Shown: positions 13,575 to 25,872, counted from the first letter of the stretch. The stretch: 64,000 bases of DNA from Octopus vulgaris (GCA_951406725.2 OX597821.1:68324001-68388000); one strand, 5' to 3'. The notes: generated by a model from the sequence alone, not told the origin. Translations and numbers: made by a program.

Positions 13575-13735
13575 TGTAGTTAAAATTTATAGAAATACAA
13601 AAGACGAAGACAGGTGTAGGAGCAACAAGCAAGTGTATTAGTTTGACGCTTGGGAAATATGAAAAAGTATTTTACGTTTCGAGCCTACGCTCTTCAGCAG
13701 AAAGGAATAAGAGAAAATAAACAGAGAGAGAATGC
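13575..13735 (-). mobile_element. Short Penelope-pLTR-like repeat with degenerate minimal hammerhead motif
   Basis: Minus strand UUU-CUGCUGA-A-GAGC-GUAG-GCUC-GAAAC-GUA-AAA; homologous copies at 20630-20820 and 53120-53290. Confidence 0.55.
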
Positions 13736-14826
13736 ATATATTCATGAGTGCATAAACATATGTGCTAAACTTCTTAAATTCTCTACATGCTTCGACAGTA
13801 CTTTTGATAGCTTGTAGATATAACCGCTAGATCAGACGTGACCTTATACGTTTTACGAAACCCTGCTTCTTACGACTGGTCCTAAGCCACTTAGTCTTAT
13901 TGCCAAGTTCTCCAGTAATTATAGATAGAAATCTTAATTCATTGTGCAGCTGGAATAACTGCAGATTTTTATATCAGTCTGGCATTGATGTTTTCTTCAT
14001 TTTTTTCTCCGTCCTCGTTTTTTATGTTTATTCTTTTATGCTTGTATTTATTAAAATCTTGAAGGATACATTGCACTATTCTTCTTCCATATTATTCGTT
14101 GTTACACGCTTCACACCACTTTAGTTTCTTATTTTAATCTCTCCGGGGCTATCCTTTTACGAACTTCGTTATATAACTTTCTCGCCACGATATCATGTCT
14201 TATAGCTTCCGTATTCTTCCTGCATACAAGCCGACATAGTAAGTAGCGTAAAATATGTAGTGTAAGCATTCAAACATAGTCACTATCTTTCAAAAGCCTG
14301 CTACATTTCACATGAAGTTTTTGGTCTTTCAAAATCGTCTTAGTGCATAGGTCCACCTACTTTTTTGACTGTAAGTTTTGGTCTCGAAAAACAGAATTGT
14401 GTGCCGGAAAATATAGTAGGCGATACTGTGATAGACGCATGTATTTATGTATGAATAATGTAGGTTGTACAATGTAAGTTGTTAGTAAGATGACTAGATG
14501 TTTCCCTAAATCCGGCCATTTCTCTAACTAAGTCCAGTACGTGTAGATATTTAGTTCACATCCTTTTACTGAGTGACGATATTTTCTTACTTTCTATGCT
14601 TTTCAACTTGAACCTAAATCGCCATTCCGAATTTCCGACACACATTAGGCGCGCAGTTTCACGCACGCGTGCGCACGCACTCACACACAAACACCCACGC
14701 GCGCACGCAAACACTCACACCACACACACACACACACACACACATACACACATACACACACGCACATACACATTCCTTTACATTCTTACCTGCATGCCTA
14801 TTTGTATTTCCTCCATCAATTTCCCA

Positions 14827-14857
<31 letters not shown>

Positions 14858-15142
14858 AGTGTGCGTATATACACCTATATATGCATAATATTTATATATA
14901 TTTATGTATATATATATATATATATATATACATACATATACATATATATGTGTGTGTGTGTGTGTGTGTATACATATGCATATATATATGCTTGGTATAT
15001 GTGTGTGTGTGTGTATACATATACATATATATATGCTTGATATATATATACATATATGTGTGTGTGTCTGTGTATACATATACATATATATATATATGCT
15101 TGATATATATATATATATATATATATATACATGTGTGTGTGT

Positions 15143-15176
<34 letters not shown>

Positions 15177-15312
15177 CAATTTACTTAGCTTATCTGGCTT
15201 TCATTATATCTCTATCTACACACTGAACAATGTCTAGTCAACGACTACGGACTATAATTTCCACATACACACATACAATACACCCACTCTCACACACACA
15301 CACACACACATA

Positions 15313-15354
<42 letters not shown>

Positions 15355-15619
15355 CACACGCACATAACAGAATCAAAGTAGTATATAGGCGTTCAATAGC
15401 TAAGGTCGTAAACCAACAACGGTGAAGCTTCCTATAGCATTAGTATATTCCATTCTGCATTCATTGTGCTCTGTTATTCAAATAGAAGGTTATGTGTTGT
15501 CATTGTATAAGATTATGTCATTTACTCGGTACCTGTGGGATATTCTGGACAATATGAATTTCATCTCGTTGGTCAACGTTCATTCGTTCAACCTCCTTAT
15601 TTATATCCTCCTCTCCATC

Positions 15620-15650
15620 TCTCTCTCTTTCTCTCTCTCCATCTCTCTCT

Positions 15651-15716
<66 letters not shown>

Positions 15717-15970
15717 CTCTTAGTCTCTGTTTATTTCCCGTTCCCTGGCCGTCTCTCTACACTTTATTTTCTTTACGGTTATCTACTTCATCTTGTGTTC
15801 TCACGTCACATCGTTGACATCGTTATTGTAATTCCCTCTCCTCCTCCCCCTTCTTCTTCATCTTCTTCTTCTTCTTCTTCTTCTTCTTCTTCTTCTTCTT
15901 CTTCTTCTTCTTCTTCTTCTTCTTCTTCTTCTTCTTCTTTTTTGACTACTACTACTACTACTACAATTAT

Positions 15971-16027
<57 letters not shown>

Positions 16028-16030
16028 ATA
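15620..16030. repeat. Compound (CT)n, (CTT)n, (CTA)n microsatellites
   Basis: Direct inspection. Confidence 0.95.
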
Positions 16031-16047
16031 TTCTTCTCACACTTCTT

Positions 16048-16084
<37 letters not shown>

Positions 16085-16097
16085 GTGTGTATGTATG

Positions 16098-16144
<47 letters not shown>

Positions 16145-16417
16145 AGTATGTTTCTCGGGGACTTTTGCGTTTGTTGTTTGCATTTTCATATTTTCACTTC
16201 TAATCTCCCCTACAAACACAACACACAAACACAACACACAAACTCACACATATACATATACATACAGAGACATACATATACAATTATTTCTTCCAGCCTT
16301 TCTATAGACGCCGACCCATCTATCAACGCCACTACCTCCATATTTCCAGTTTGACATAGACGGAACTATTCAACGAAAAATAAGCTCTCTCCCTTTCTAT
16401 TTCCTCTCCCACACACA

Positions 16418-16467
<50 letters not shown>

Positions 16468-17050
16468 CTATACAGACACATATATACATACACACATTAC
16501 TGCAGACAAAACAGCTGTCTTCCATTGAGAGCTTTTGCGGCCAAATTTATGTATATCCAAAACACTAGCCGAACAAAAGCTTTTCCTTCCACGTACCAGA
16601 TCCGCCATTCAGTTCTGACAAGACAAAGTCGATTCTTTAGAATCGCTAGAAAAACACTGCCACAACCAATGCTAATTGCATAGGTTCCATTTTGGAAAGA
16701 TCTGGAAGATAAAACGCGAACCCAAATCGAAGAAGAAAACAACGAACTAACAAAAAATCCTAACAGATCTGCAGACATACATGCACAGTACATACATACA
16801 CACGTATATACATGTTTACATATATATGTGTATGTATATATATTTATAGATATATATACATATACATAATACATGAGTGTGTATAAATACACATTATGCT
16901 TGTATGTATACATACATTTGTACAAGCGTAAATGCATATAAACTTAAGTGCATACAAATATACGCGCATACTTATATGCCTACCTACTAACATTAATTTA
17001 TAAAACACGTACCTACTTAAATATAATGTGTATGTATGTATGTATGTATG

Positions 17051-17104
<54 letters not shown>

Positions 17105-17110
17105 GCGTGC

Positions 17111-17146
<36 letters not shown>

Positions 17147-17790
17147 GTCTGATGCATATTAAACATTCTCAAGTTTAAAATTTTTTTAAAAGCTGTTTTA
17201 ACAAATTAAAACATTGTAAAAAGAAGAAAAAAATCGGAAAACATTATTAAAAATTTTCGTTACTATTTCAATTTTTTGTCTTTTTTCTTGTGAAACAATA
17301 ATGGATCGGATTTGAGGCAAATCACGCGATAATTGTGATTCACATACGTGTAGAAAGGCTGTCATCTATTTTACTACGCATGCGCAGTACACACAGATAT
17401 GCAAGCACACAAAGAGGTGCTATGCATAATGCATTTATTTATTGTGTATTTTATGTATTTACTATCAGCGTTAATATCATTATTTCAAATATTTGCTACG
17501 AGGGACTATCAAACAAAGAGAATTATATCATTAATCTCAGCCATTCATCAACACACATATAATGCAATGGATGGCAGCCTAGTCGAATGATTGTGAACTT
17601 TATGTAACCACAAGGTCCTGAATTTGTTTCTACTAAATGGCATCTTGAACATGTTTTTCTTTTGCCGCATCCTCCAGTGAAATCAAATCGAAACTGTGCA
17701 GTCAAATAGATTCTAGTGAGGTGGCAGATTCTCTCGTCATTTTGACGAACAAGGATTCAGCAAGATACTGTTTGGTACCGATGTTTAGGT

Positions 17791-17879
<89 letters not shown>

Positions 17880-17884
<5 letters not shown>

Positions 17885-18300
17885 GCCGAGCTGGCAGAAT
17901 CGTTAGCACGCCGGGCGAAATGCTTAGCAGTATTTCATCTGCCAATACGTTCTGAGTTCAAATTCCGCCGAGGTCGACTTTGCTTTTCATCCTTTCGGGG
18001 TCGATAAATTAAGTACTAGCTGCATATCGAGCCAATCTAATTGACTGGTCCCCTCCCCCAAAATTTCAGGCCTTGTACCTAGAGAAGAAAAGAATATATT
18101 GGTTTCAAATTTAAGGCGGTAAACTGGCAGGATTTTTAGTACAACGGGAAAAATGCTTAGCAGTATTTCGTCCGTCTATACGTTCTGAGTTCAAATTCCG
18201 TTGAGGTCAATAAAATAAGTCCCATTTGAACACTGGGATAGACATAAGCGACTTATCCCGTCATCAAAATTGCTGGGCTTGTACCAAAATTTGAATTCAA
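17880..18300 (+). mobile_element. Two old-tail Meta-like SINE copies following (CTA)n(TTA)n
   Basis: gagctggcagaatcgttagcacgccgggcgaaatgcttagc head, Meta-like core, tail aaaatttcaggccttgtacctagag; second head aaggcggtaaactggcagg at ~18112. Confidence 0.85.
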
Positions 18301-18519
18301 TATTAACATCATGATTCTAGACACTTGTTAACAGGAATAATTCCTGCCCCCTCGAGACAAGGTATCAGAGCCTTTAAGATAAGGGTCCAGAAACTTTATA
18401 CTACCAGGGATTAATTTGTATGCTTATAAGTTCTTACATCGTCATACAATAATTTATTACAGAGAAAAATGATGAATTTATAATTTTACAGATGAATAGA
18501 TATATAGCTTTTATTTTTT

Positions 18520-18790
18520 ATTTACCTTTTATTTAGCGTCAGCTATTAGACTACGGTCATCCTGGGGCACCGAATCGACAGCAGTCCTTGTTTTTTGAAG
18601 CCTTATACTTACTCGATAGGTCACTCTGGTCAAACCGCTAGATTAGGGAAACGTAAATGCACCAACACCGGTTGCCACGCGATAGTGGGGACAATCACAA
18701 ATGCAAAGACATACACACTCACACACGCGCGCGCACACACACACACCCACACACAAGCACACAAGCACACGCACACACGCGCTCACATGC

Positions 18791-18881
<91 letters not shown>

Positions 18882-19058
18882 CAGACAGAAAGGCAGAAAG
18901 ACAGAAAGACAGACAGACAGACTGACATACAGACAGACAGACGGACGGACGGACGGACGGACGGACGGATGGACGGATGGATGGACGGATGGACGGATGG
19001 ATGGACGGAGAGACAGACGAACAGGCAGACGGAGAGACAGACAAACAGACTGACAGGC

Positions 19059-19112
<54 letters not shown>

Positions 19113-19115
19113 AGG

Positions 19116-19189
<74 letters not shown>

Positions 19190-19334
19190 TGTTTCTTTAT
19201 TAGCCACACAGGGCTGCACACACACAGGACAAAATTACAAGGTAGAGCTTTTCTTTTGGGGGTAAAAGAAGGGGGTTTGGTTTTCGATCAAAAGGGATCG
19301 TAAATGGAAAGAAAGAGGAGAAAAAAGGGGGGAT

Positions 19335-19391
<57 letters not shown>

Positions 19392-19545
19392 CACAACGGG
19401 CTTTCAGTTTCCTACTATTAAATCCAGTCACAAGGTTTTGGTCGGCCCGAACCTATAGTAGAAGACACTTCCCTAAGGTGCCATGAAGTGGGACTGAACC
19501 GAGAACCATGTGGTTGGGAAGCAAACTTCTTACCATTCAGGCACA
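18520..19545 (-). mobile_element. CORE-type SINE with greatly expanded internal microsatellite and nested insertion
   Basis: 3' half 18520-18710 and 5' half 19395-19545 (ggcaccttagggaagtgtctt on minus) separated by (GATA)/(GACG)/(GATG) tracts. Confidence 0.75.
19189..19337 (-). mobile_element. 3' end of a non-LTR element inserted in (GATA)n; shares its terminus with the young SINE tail
   Basis: Minus strand ccttgtaattttgtcctgtgtgtgtgcagccctgtgtggctaataaagaaac versus SINE tail ccttgtttgtcccctctgtgtttagccccttgtgggtaataaagaaata. Confidence 0.6.
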
Positions 19546-20468
19546 TTAAATTACTAATATTGTGTTGTGTGTGTGTCTGCGTGTGTGTGCGCGCGTGTGT
19601 GTGTGTGTCTGTGTGCGTTCATGGTCGCGCTTATAAATAGATCTGCCCAAATACTTTTGTGAACATCAAGCGCAAGAGAAACAATTTTCTATACTAACAA
19701 AGCCATGACATGCCCAAGTAATAAACCCCTCGTTACAGAAGCAAACAAGTAATACCCTACAACAAGCAAGGAAACGACCGGCCAAAACTTACCACTTACC
19801 TGCAATTATTTGAGGGAAAAAATTGACGCACCCAATGACTAAAGTCTTGAATACTGGCGTTTGACCTTTATATTGTCAAAGCTGCAAAAATACTGTCACA
19901 CTCTGTGTCTACCCTAACGAAAGAGAAATATCCACAGGCTCGTTTAGAAAGTTCTACATACATGAATAAATTCTAAACAATAACAAAACCGCAAATTTAA
20001 TCAATAAAATTTCTCTAAAACACCTCACCATAACAACCAAGCCCCAAAAAAAAAACAATTATCTTTAACAATCCACTCAAACCCACACATCTAAAGATGT
20101 TAAGTCAACAGAGACTCTGGCGATTAATTTGCTTATGATTACAGGATTCGCTCGTTCATTGGTCCCTTGTGTTTACAACCAAAACAACAACTGTGTCCCA
20201 TGTTTCCACAACTTGAAACGAAATGGTGAAGCAGCTGACACATATCGCATGCGATGTCTTCTGCATATTCACAGAATTTAAACACAAAAAATCTCAGTTG
20301 TTACTACCTATTTCCCAACAACACAAACACTCACACACATACAGAACTATATATAAATGTGTGCGTGTGTGTATGTATGTGTGTGTATATATATATATAT
20401 ATAAAACTAACAAAATAAGATTTTAAAAATCCAAGGCTGTGAATAGTTTTCAGAGCATTAAAAAGAAA

Positions 20469-20518
20469 GTCTTACTGCTGTTTCCGGGATATTTTATATA
20501 TATCTCTTCATCAGAGAC
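20469..20518 (-). ncRNA. Type I hammerhead ribozyme motif (near-intact)
   Basis: GUCU-CUGAUGA-AGAGAUAU..AUAUCCCG-GAAAC-AGCA-GUA-AGAC: helix I GUCU/AGAC, complete core, imperfect helix II. Confidence 0.65.
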
Positions 20519-20629
20519 GGTGCAACAAAATATTTAAGTAATAGTTATTATAAAGATAGGAAATACAGAGTGAAGTGGAGGAATGAAAACAAACAGACGT
20601 GAAATACGTATACATACACAGATATATAT

Positions 20630-20820
20630 ATAACGGGAAGCTTTATGAAAATAAACAAAAGACGAAGGCAGATGGAATACAAACAAACAATTGTATTAGT
20701 ATGGCGCTCAGGAATATAAATAAAACAAGTATTTTACGTTTCGAGCCTACGCTCTTCAACAGAAAGATACACAGAAAAGAAACACGGAAAAAAACAAGGA
20801 GAGAAAAAAAATGCGTGCAG
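20630..20820 (-). mobile_element. Second copy of the pLTR-like repeat with degenerate minimal hammerhead
   Basis: aaaagacgaag..tgtattagt..gctcaggaa..ttttacgtttcgagcctacgctcttcaacagaaag, homologous to 13575-13735. Confidence 0.55.
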
Positions 20821-20840
20821 AAGCTAGCGAGTCAACATGG

Positions 20841-20902
<62 letters not shown>

Positions 20903-20905
<3 letters not shown>

Positions 20906-21069
20906 GGTCCCGGGTTGAGTCGGGGTTAACCACAGTAAATAAGGTACTCAATACATAGCAGAGTAAATTAATTTATTTTATAGAAGGAGCTTCTACAGGA
21001 CTAGAACTGTATCATTCAAAAGAAATCTTTTGAATGAAACAGTTCTAGTCCTATAAAGCTCCTTCTATA

Positions 21070-21072
<3 letters not shown>
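20903..21072. mobile_element. (TA)n-embedded fold-back element with ~48-bp arms
   Basis: Arms 20976-21023 and 21026-21072, 2-nt loop, plus ~70-bp one-sided extension. Confidence 0.75.
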
Positions 21073-21144
<72 letters not shown>

Positions 21145-21719
21145 ATATATGTGTGTATGTATACGCACACCTTCACACATAAATATACATACATATATAC
21201 ACATGGGGAGAGAAATGGAGGAAAGAGAAAAATAAGTATATGATTAACTCACAAAATTACCAAGTTTGAGTAGTAAAAGAAAGAAAGGAGGGGGAGGAGG
21301 AGGGATGACCCAGACATAGAACAAAAAACACAAGAAAAAGAATGAGATGAAAGAGTAAATGATAAAAACGATCATTTCCTTCCACCCGCATGACGCTTAC
21401 TAAAAGAGATTTGTATATTTTTTTTCATCAGTCGGGTGTATCCAGGTAAACAAACTATCGATATGGGTGTTGCTCAAGTCGTATATTATAGCAATTCCTT
21501 CGTGTATGGTACGGACAAATATTTAACCATCGCTTACGTAACTTGAGACAATAATATAATAAATATGAAATATGTTATGAAACCCTTTTACAGACGTATA
21601 ATCTTACAGCAGCCAGTGTTTATGCGTATTGTAAATTGTAACTTCCTCTCACTAGTCTGGGAGGACTTGGAAAAGAGTAATGGACCGTCAGACGAGACTC
21701 AAATTATTTTACTACATCA

Positions 21720-21870
21720 TTTGACTGTGTGGTAAGAAGTCTCTTTCACAATCATATGCGTTATAGGTTCAGCCCCACAGCGTGGCACCTTGGGCTACGG
21801 ACTTGTGAGTAGATTTGGTAGACGGAAACTGAAAAAAGCCCTTCGTCCTATATATGCATATATGCTTATG

Positions 21871-21927
<57 letters not shown>

Positions 21928-21992
21928 ATACACATATATATTCTTTCACTTGTTTCAGTCATTTCACTGTGGCCATGCTGGAGCACCGCCTT
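21720..21992. mobile_element. CORE-type SINE fragments (5' half on +, 3' end on -)
   Basis: ggttcagccccacagcgtggcaccttggg..gacggaaactgaaa; cttgtttcagtcatt..ggccatgctggagcaccgcc. Confidence 0.75.
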
Positions 21993-22572
21993 TACTTTAT
22001 GTATATGTACGCATATATGTATAGAGTGTTAGAAGTGGTGTACAGAAAATGAATATTGAGAAAAGAGGAGGTGGCCAGAACTTTGGGAAGACAATTTTTT
22101 TTATATTTAGTCATTATTATTAGCGCTTTCGTTCGTTTTTCAAACTTGTCAAATAAAATTTTTTGTGAATATACAAATAAGTTGTTTATTTATATAAAAC
22201 AGACGTTTTATTGTCTTGTTTAGAAGACAACATTGTTTTTCTTCTTTTGTTTTTGGGGGTGAGGTTCCAGGACAATGGAGATAGATAGAAAGAGAGAAAG
22301 AGATAGAGACAGACAGATAGGTTGAAATTTTTTTTTCTAAAATTCTAGCGACCTCCTCTTTTCTCAATATATATATATTTGTGTGTGGGGGGTCTCTGTG
22401 TTTGTCCCTTGCGAATGCTTGACAACCGTCTCCGTTCGGCGAATAAGAACAGGCTTCAAAAAAAAAAAGTTTTGAGGTTGAGTCTAATAACTGAATCAAG
22501 CAATAGACAAAGGATATACAGTGAGTCAGAACAGTGTATGTAGATAAGATATATATAAATATATTTATATAT

Positions 22573-22646
22573 CCTGCTTCGCTAAAAATGGAAGTCAAAA
22601 TACTCCTAAGCCACAATATTTTGACATCTATTTTTAGCGAAGCAGG
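22573..22646. repeat. Hairpin with 30-bp arms (MITE/fold-back-like)
   Basis: cctgcttcgctaaaaatggaagtcaaaata / tattttgacatctatttttagcgaagcagg, 14-nt loop; flanking AT tracts also mirror. Confidence 0.75.
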
Positions 22647-22752
22647 TGCTTATGTAGTACCTTAGTATATATAAATATATTTATATATCTTATGTATATA
22701 TGATTATCAATTTGGCATATATGGCTTTTACGTTCGCGGCCACTAGCGTTAC

Positions 22753-22800
<48 letters not shown>

Positions 22801-22897
22801 TCTTAAATGGCTTATAAACACCTTCCACGCTGCAATTGTTTTCGTTTCAGCACACGATCTCAGATCAAATTACTTGCTATGCGAGTACATCTCCGTA

Positions 22898-22982
<85 letters not shown>

Positions 22983-23220
22983 CACGGTCGCATATATGCG
23001 TATATATACATACATTCATACACACACATATACACGTACATATATACATCAAAAAATAAGCAAGACAGACAGAAAGACACAGACTTGTGTGTGTGGCTTA
23101 TCGCAATTATATTGCCTTCTATAACAATGTAGGTTTATGAGAAAATATATGCTTGACCGAGCAAACCTATCACCATCTCGACATTTTTCTGGGCTGCGAT
23201 ATTACTTCATTACGTAATGA

Positions 23221-23692
23221 AGGTGGCCAGCAACCAGAGTCGTTAATACTTCGGACAATGCATAGCGGTATTTCTGCCAGAAATAGGCGGCGAGCTGGCA
23301 GAAACGTTAGCACGCCGGGCGAAATGCTTAGCGGTATTTCGTCTGCGTTACTTTGTGAGTTCGAATTCCGCCGAGGTCGACTTTGCCTTTCATCCTTTCT
23401 GGGTCGATAAATTAAGTACCAGTTACGCACTGGGGTCGATATAATCGACTTAATACCTATGTCTGTCCTTGTCTGTCCCCTCTGTGTTTAGCCCCTTGTG
23501 GGTAATAAATAAATAGGTATTTCTGCCAGATCTTTACATTCTAACTTCAAACACCGCCGTAGTCAACTTTACCTTTCGTCTCTTTCCGGATCGAGAAAAT
23601 AAAGTATCAGGTATGTACTGGGGTCGATGTAAACGACTAGTCCTCTCCCATTAAGACTGTTAAGATTGTTGGCCTTGTGATACAATTTGAAA
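23221..23692 (+). mobile_element. Young-tail Meta-like SINE (23286-23515) nested in an old copy of the same family with 15-bp TSD
   Basis: ggtatttctgccaga at 23267-23281 and 23516-23530; old head upstream, old body and tail downstream. Confidence 0.9.
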
Positions 23693-24148
23693 CAATTATT
23701 TAATGTGTCACTCTTTATTTTTTTATTTATTTATTTTTCTTATTTCAGACTACGGTGCGGTTTTGATTTGAGAGAGATTTCAATGTATTTAAGAATTTCA
23801 CTAGATTCGTGATATCACGTGCTATCTGGAAAGACAGAACTGTATCAAGGTAACCTCTGGATAAACTTTTCGTATTTTGCTTTTTTTTTTTTCATGTTCC
23901 TTTTAGACTTTGAAATTTCAGAATATTTTGCAGATGGCAATAGTCATTTTCACCCACCGGAATTGTAAGATCGCTCATTATTCGCACCCACTCTGAATGT
24001 TTAAACCCCAGTTTCCAAGTGTCGTGTTGAGATGATTAGTCATATAACCACACAGTGTCAATGGTCACAAATAATTATACGACTTCATTTATCCATATGC
24101 AGAATATCTACATTTCATATGACTTTCCCAGGCGTATTTCTCTTCCGC

Positions 24149-24191
<43 letters not shown>

Positions 24192-24434
24192 CATAAATGT
24201 ACATACAAATGTGTACATATATATGTATGCATTTGTATATATATATACTTACATATTTACATATGTAATAGGCGTAGGAGTGGCTGTGTGGTAAGTAGCT
24301 TGCTTACGAACTACATGGTTCTGGGTTCAGTCCCACTGCGTGGCACCTTGTGTACATTTATGTGTGTAGATAGATAGATAGATAGATAGATAAACGAAAA
24401 TCTTTAAACGGTCAAATCGAAGGATGTCAAGTAA

Positions 24435-24520
24435 AGACCCAGAAGAAACCGCACCGGTTTCATAGGAGAGTGGCAATTGCAGCGGTTACTAATCGGTGTA
24501 GTTGAAACATGTGTTGGTCT
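24435..24520 (+). ncRNA. Type I hammerhead ribozyme fold with one core substitution
   Basis: AGACC-CAGAAGA-AACCGCACCGGUU...AAUCGGUGUAGUU-GAAAC-AUGU-GUU-GGUCU; 5-bp helix I, ~13-bp helix II, core CAGAAGA instead of CUGAAGA. Confidence 0.65.
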
Positions 24521-24690
24521 ATGTAAAGCTGCATATAGATTAATAGAATTAAAGGTGGTGCTATGCAACTTCGTAGTAATCCTTATTATTAATATATATA
24601 TTGCTTTGAGCTGAGTGGAGACGCTAAACTCCCTTGTTTGAAAATATAAGGTCGCAGATAGTGTGTCTAACTTCAAACACCACCGTAGTC

Positions 24691-25565
24691 CATCCTTTCG
24701 AATGTCATCCTCGCTGTAGGTGGTCGAGCATTATCCTGATGGAAGAACATCTTTCGTCTTGAAACCAAAGACGGTCGATTTTCTTCTAGCGCTGACTTAA
24801 GCCGCTCAAGTTGCTCGCAGCAGATCTCCATTGTTATCGTTTGGTTAGGCTTTTAAAGTTCAAAGTGGACTAAACCTTTCATATCCCATCAAACATATAA
24901 CAACACTTTACGTGGGTGAAGACCTTCTTTAGCTTGGGGTGCCGGTGTTTCTCCTTTCGCTACCCACTGTCTTCGGCGCTTGAAATTTTTATAGAGAACA
25001 CATTTCTCGTCACCAGTCACTATTCAGCCCCAAAAAGGTTTATTCGTGAGACGTGATAGCAAAGAAAAGCACACATTCACTCTCTGTGCATGATTAGACT
25101 TGGAAAGTTTGTAAGGAACCCATTGACCCAGTTTGCTGACTTTTTGGTTCGCAGGTGTCGATGAATGGTTGAATGACCAAATCCCAGCTTTCCTGCTAGT
25201 TCCTCCACAGTTAAGATGGCATTTTGTTCTACCAGGGTTTGCAGGACGTCCTGGTCGAGTTCTACAGATCTTCCAGAACGAGGTCCGTCCTCTAGGCTGT
25301 GGTTTCCGGCTCGGGATTTCTGGAACCACTCATAAATCAAAATATGCCGAAAATGCTCCTTTGTCACTTCGATTATAGTTATAGCTTTGAAACAATAACT
25401 GTTAAAATCGATCTGCACTCTTCAAAATTAGCACTAAGAATAAGTACAAGGTAAAATTACTACCTGCTTTAATACCAAGTTGATGCAGGTAGTTTATCTC
25501 ATTCCCTCCCGACTTTTAGTTCATGCAACTAAAAAAAAACGCGTTATTTATGGGATGACATAATA
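24691..25565 (-). mobile_element. mariner-family transposon remnant, 3'-truncated
   Basis: HTH region EWFQK..SLEDGPRSGR..TVEELA..STIHRHL; WVPYKLS; IVTGDEK; FHQDNARP; one TIR (tattatgtcatcccataaata) at ~25544-25565 next to TA. Confidence 0.9.
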
Positions 25566-25627
25566 TATGCATTCATGTCATTACATATATGCGTATATGT
25601 GTGTGTGTGCTTCTGAATATATATGAA

Positions 25628-25687
<60 letters not shown>

Positions 25688-25794
25688 GCCGTACACAAAC
25701 GTCATACATAACATACACTCATACTTACATACATATATACGTACATATGTAAGTATATAATATCCGATTACCTGATAACTTACACAAATATACA

Positions 25795-25872
<78 letters not shown>

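Noticed and set aside
16645-16662. miR-34-like sequence / target site (acactgcca plus gcta)
   Set aside because: No miR-34 precursor hairpin; a 9-mer match is expected by chance in 64 kb.
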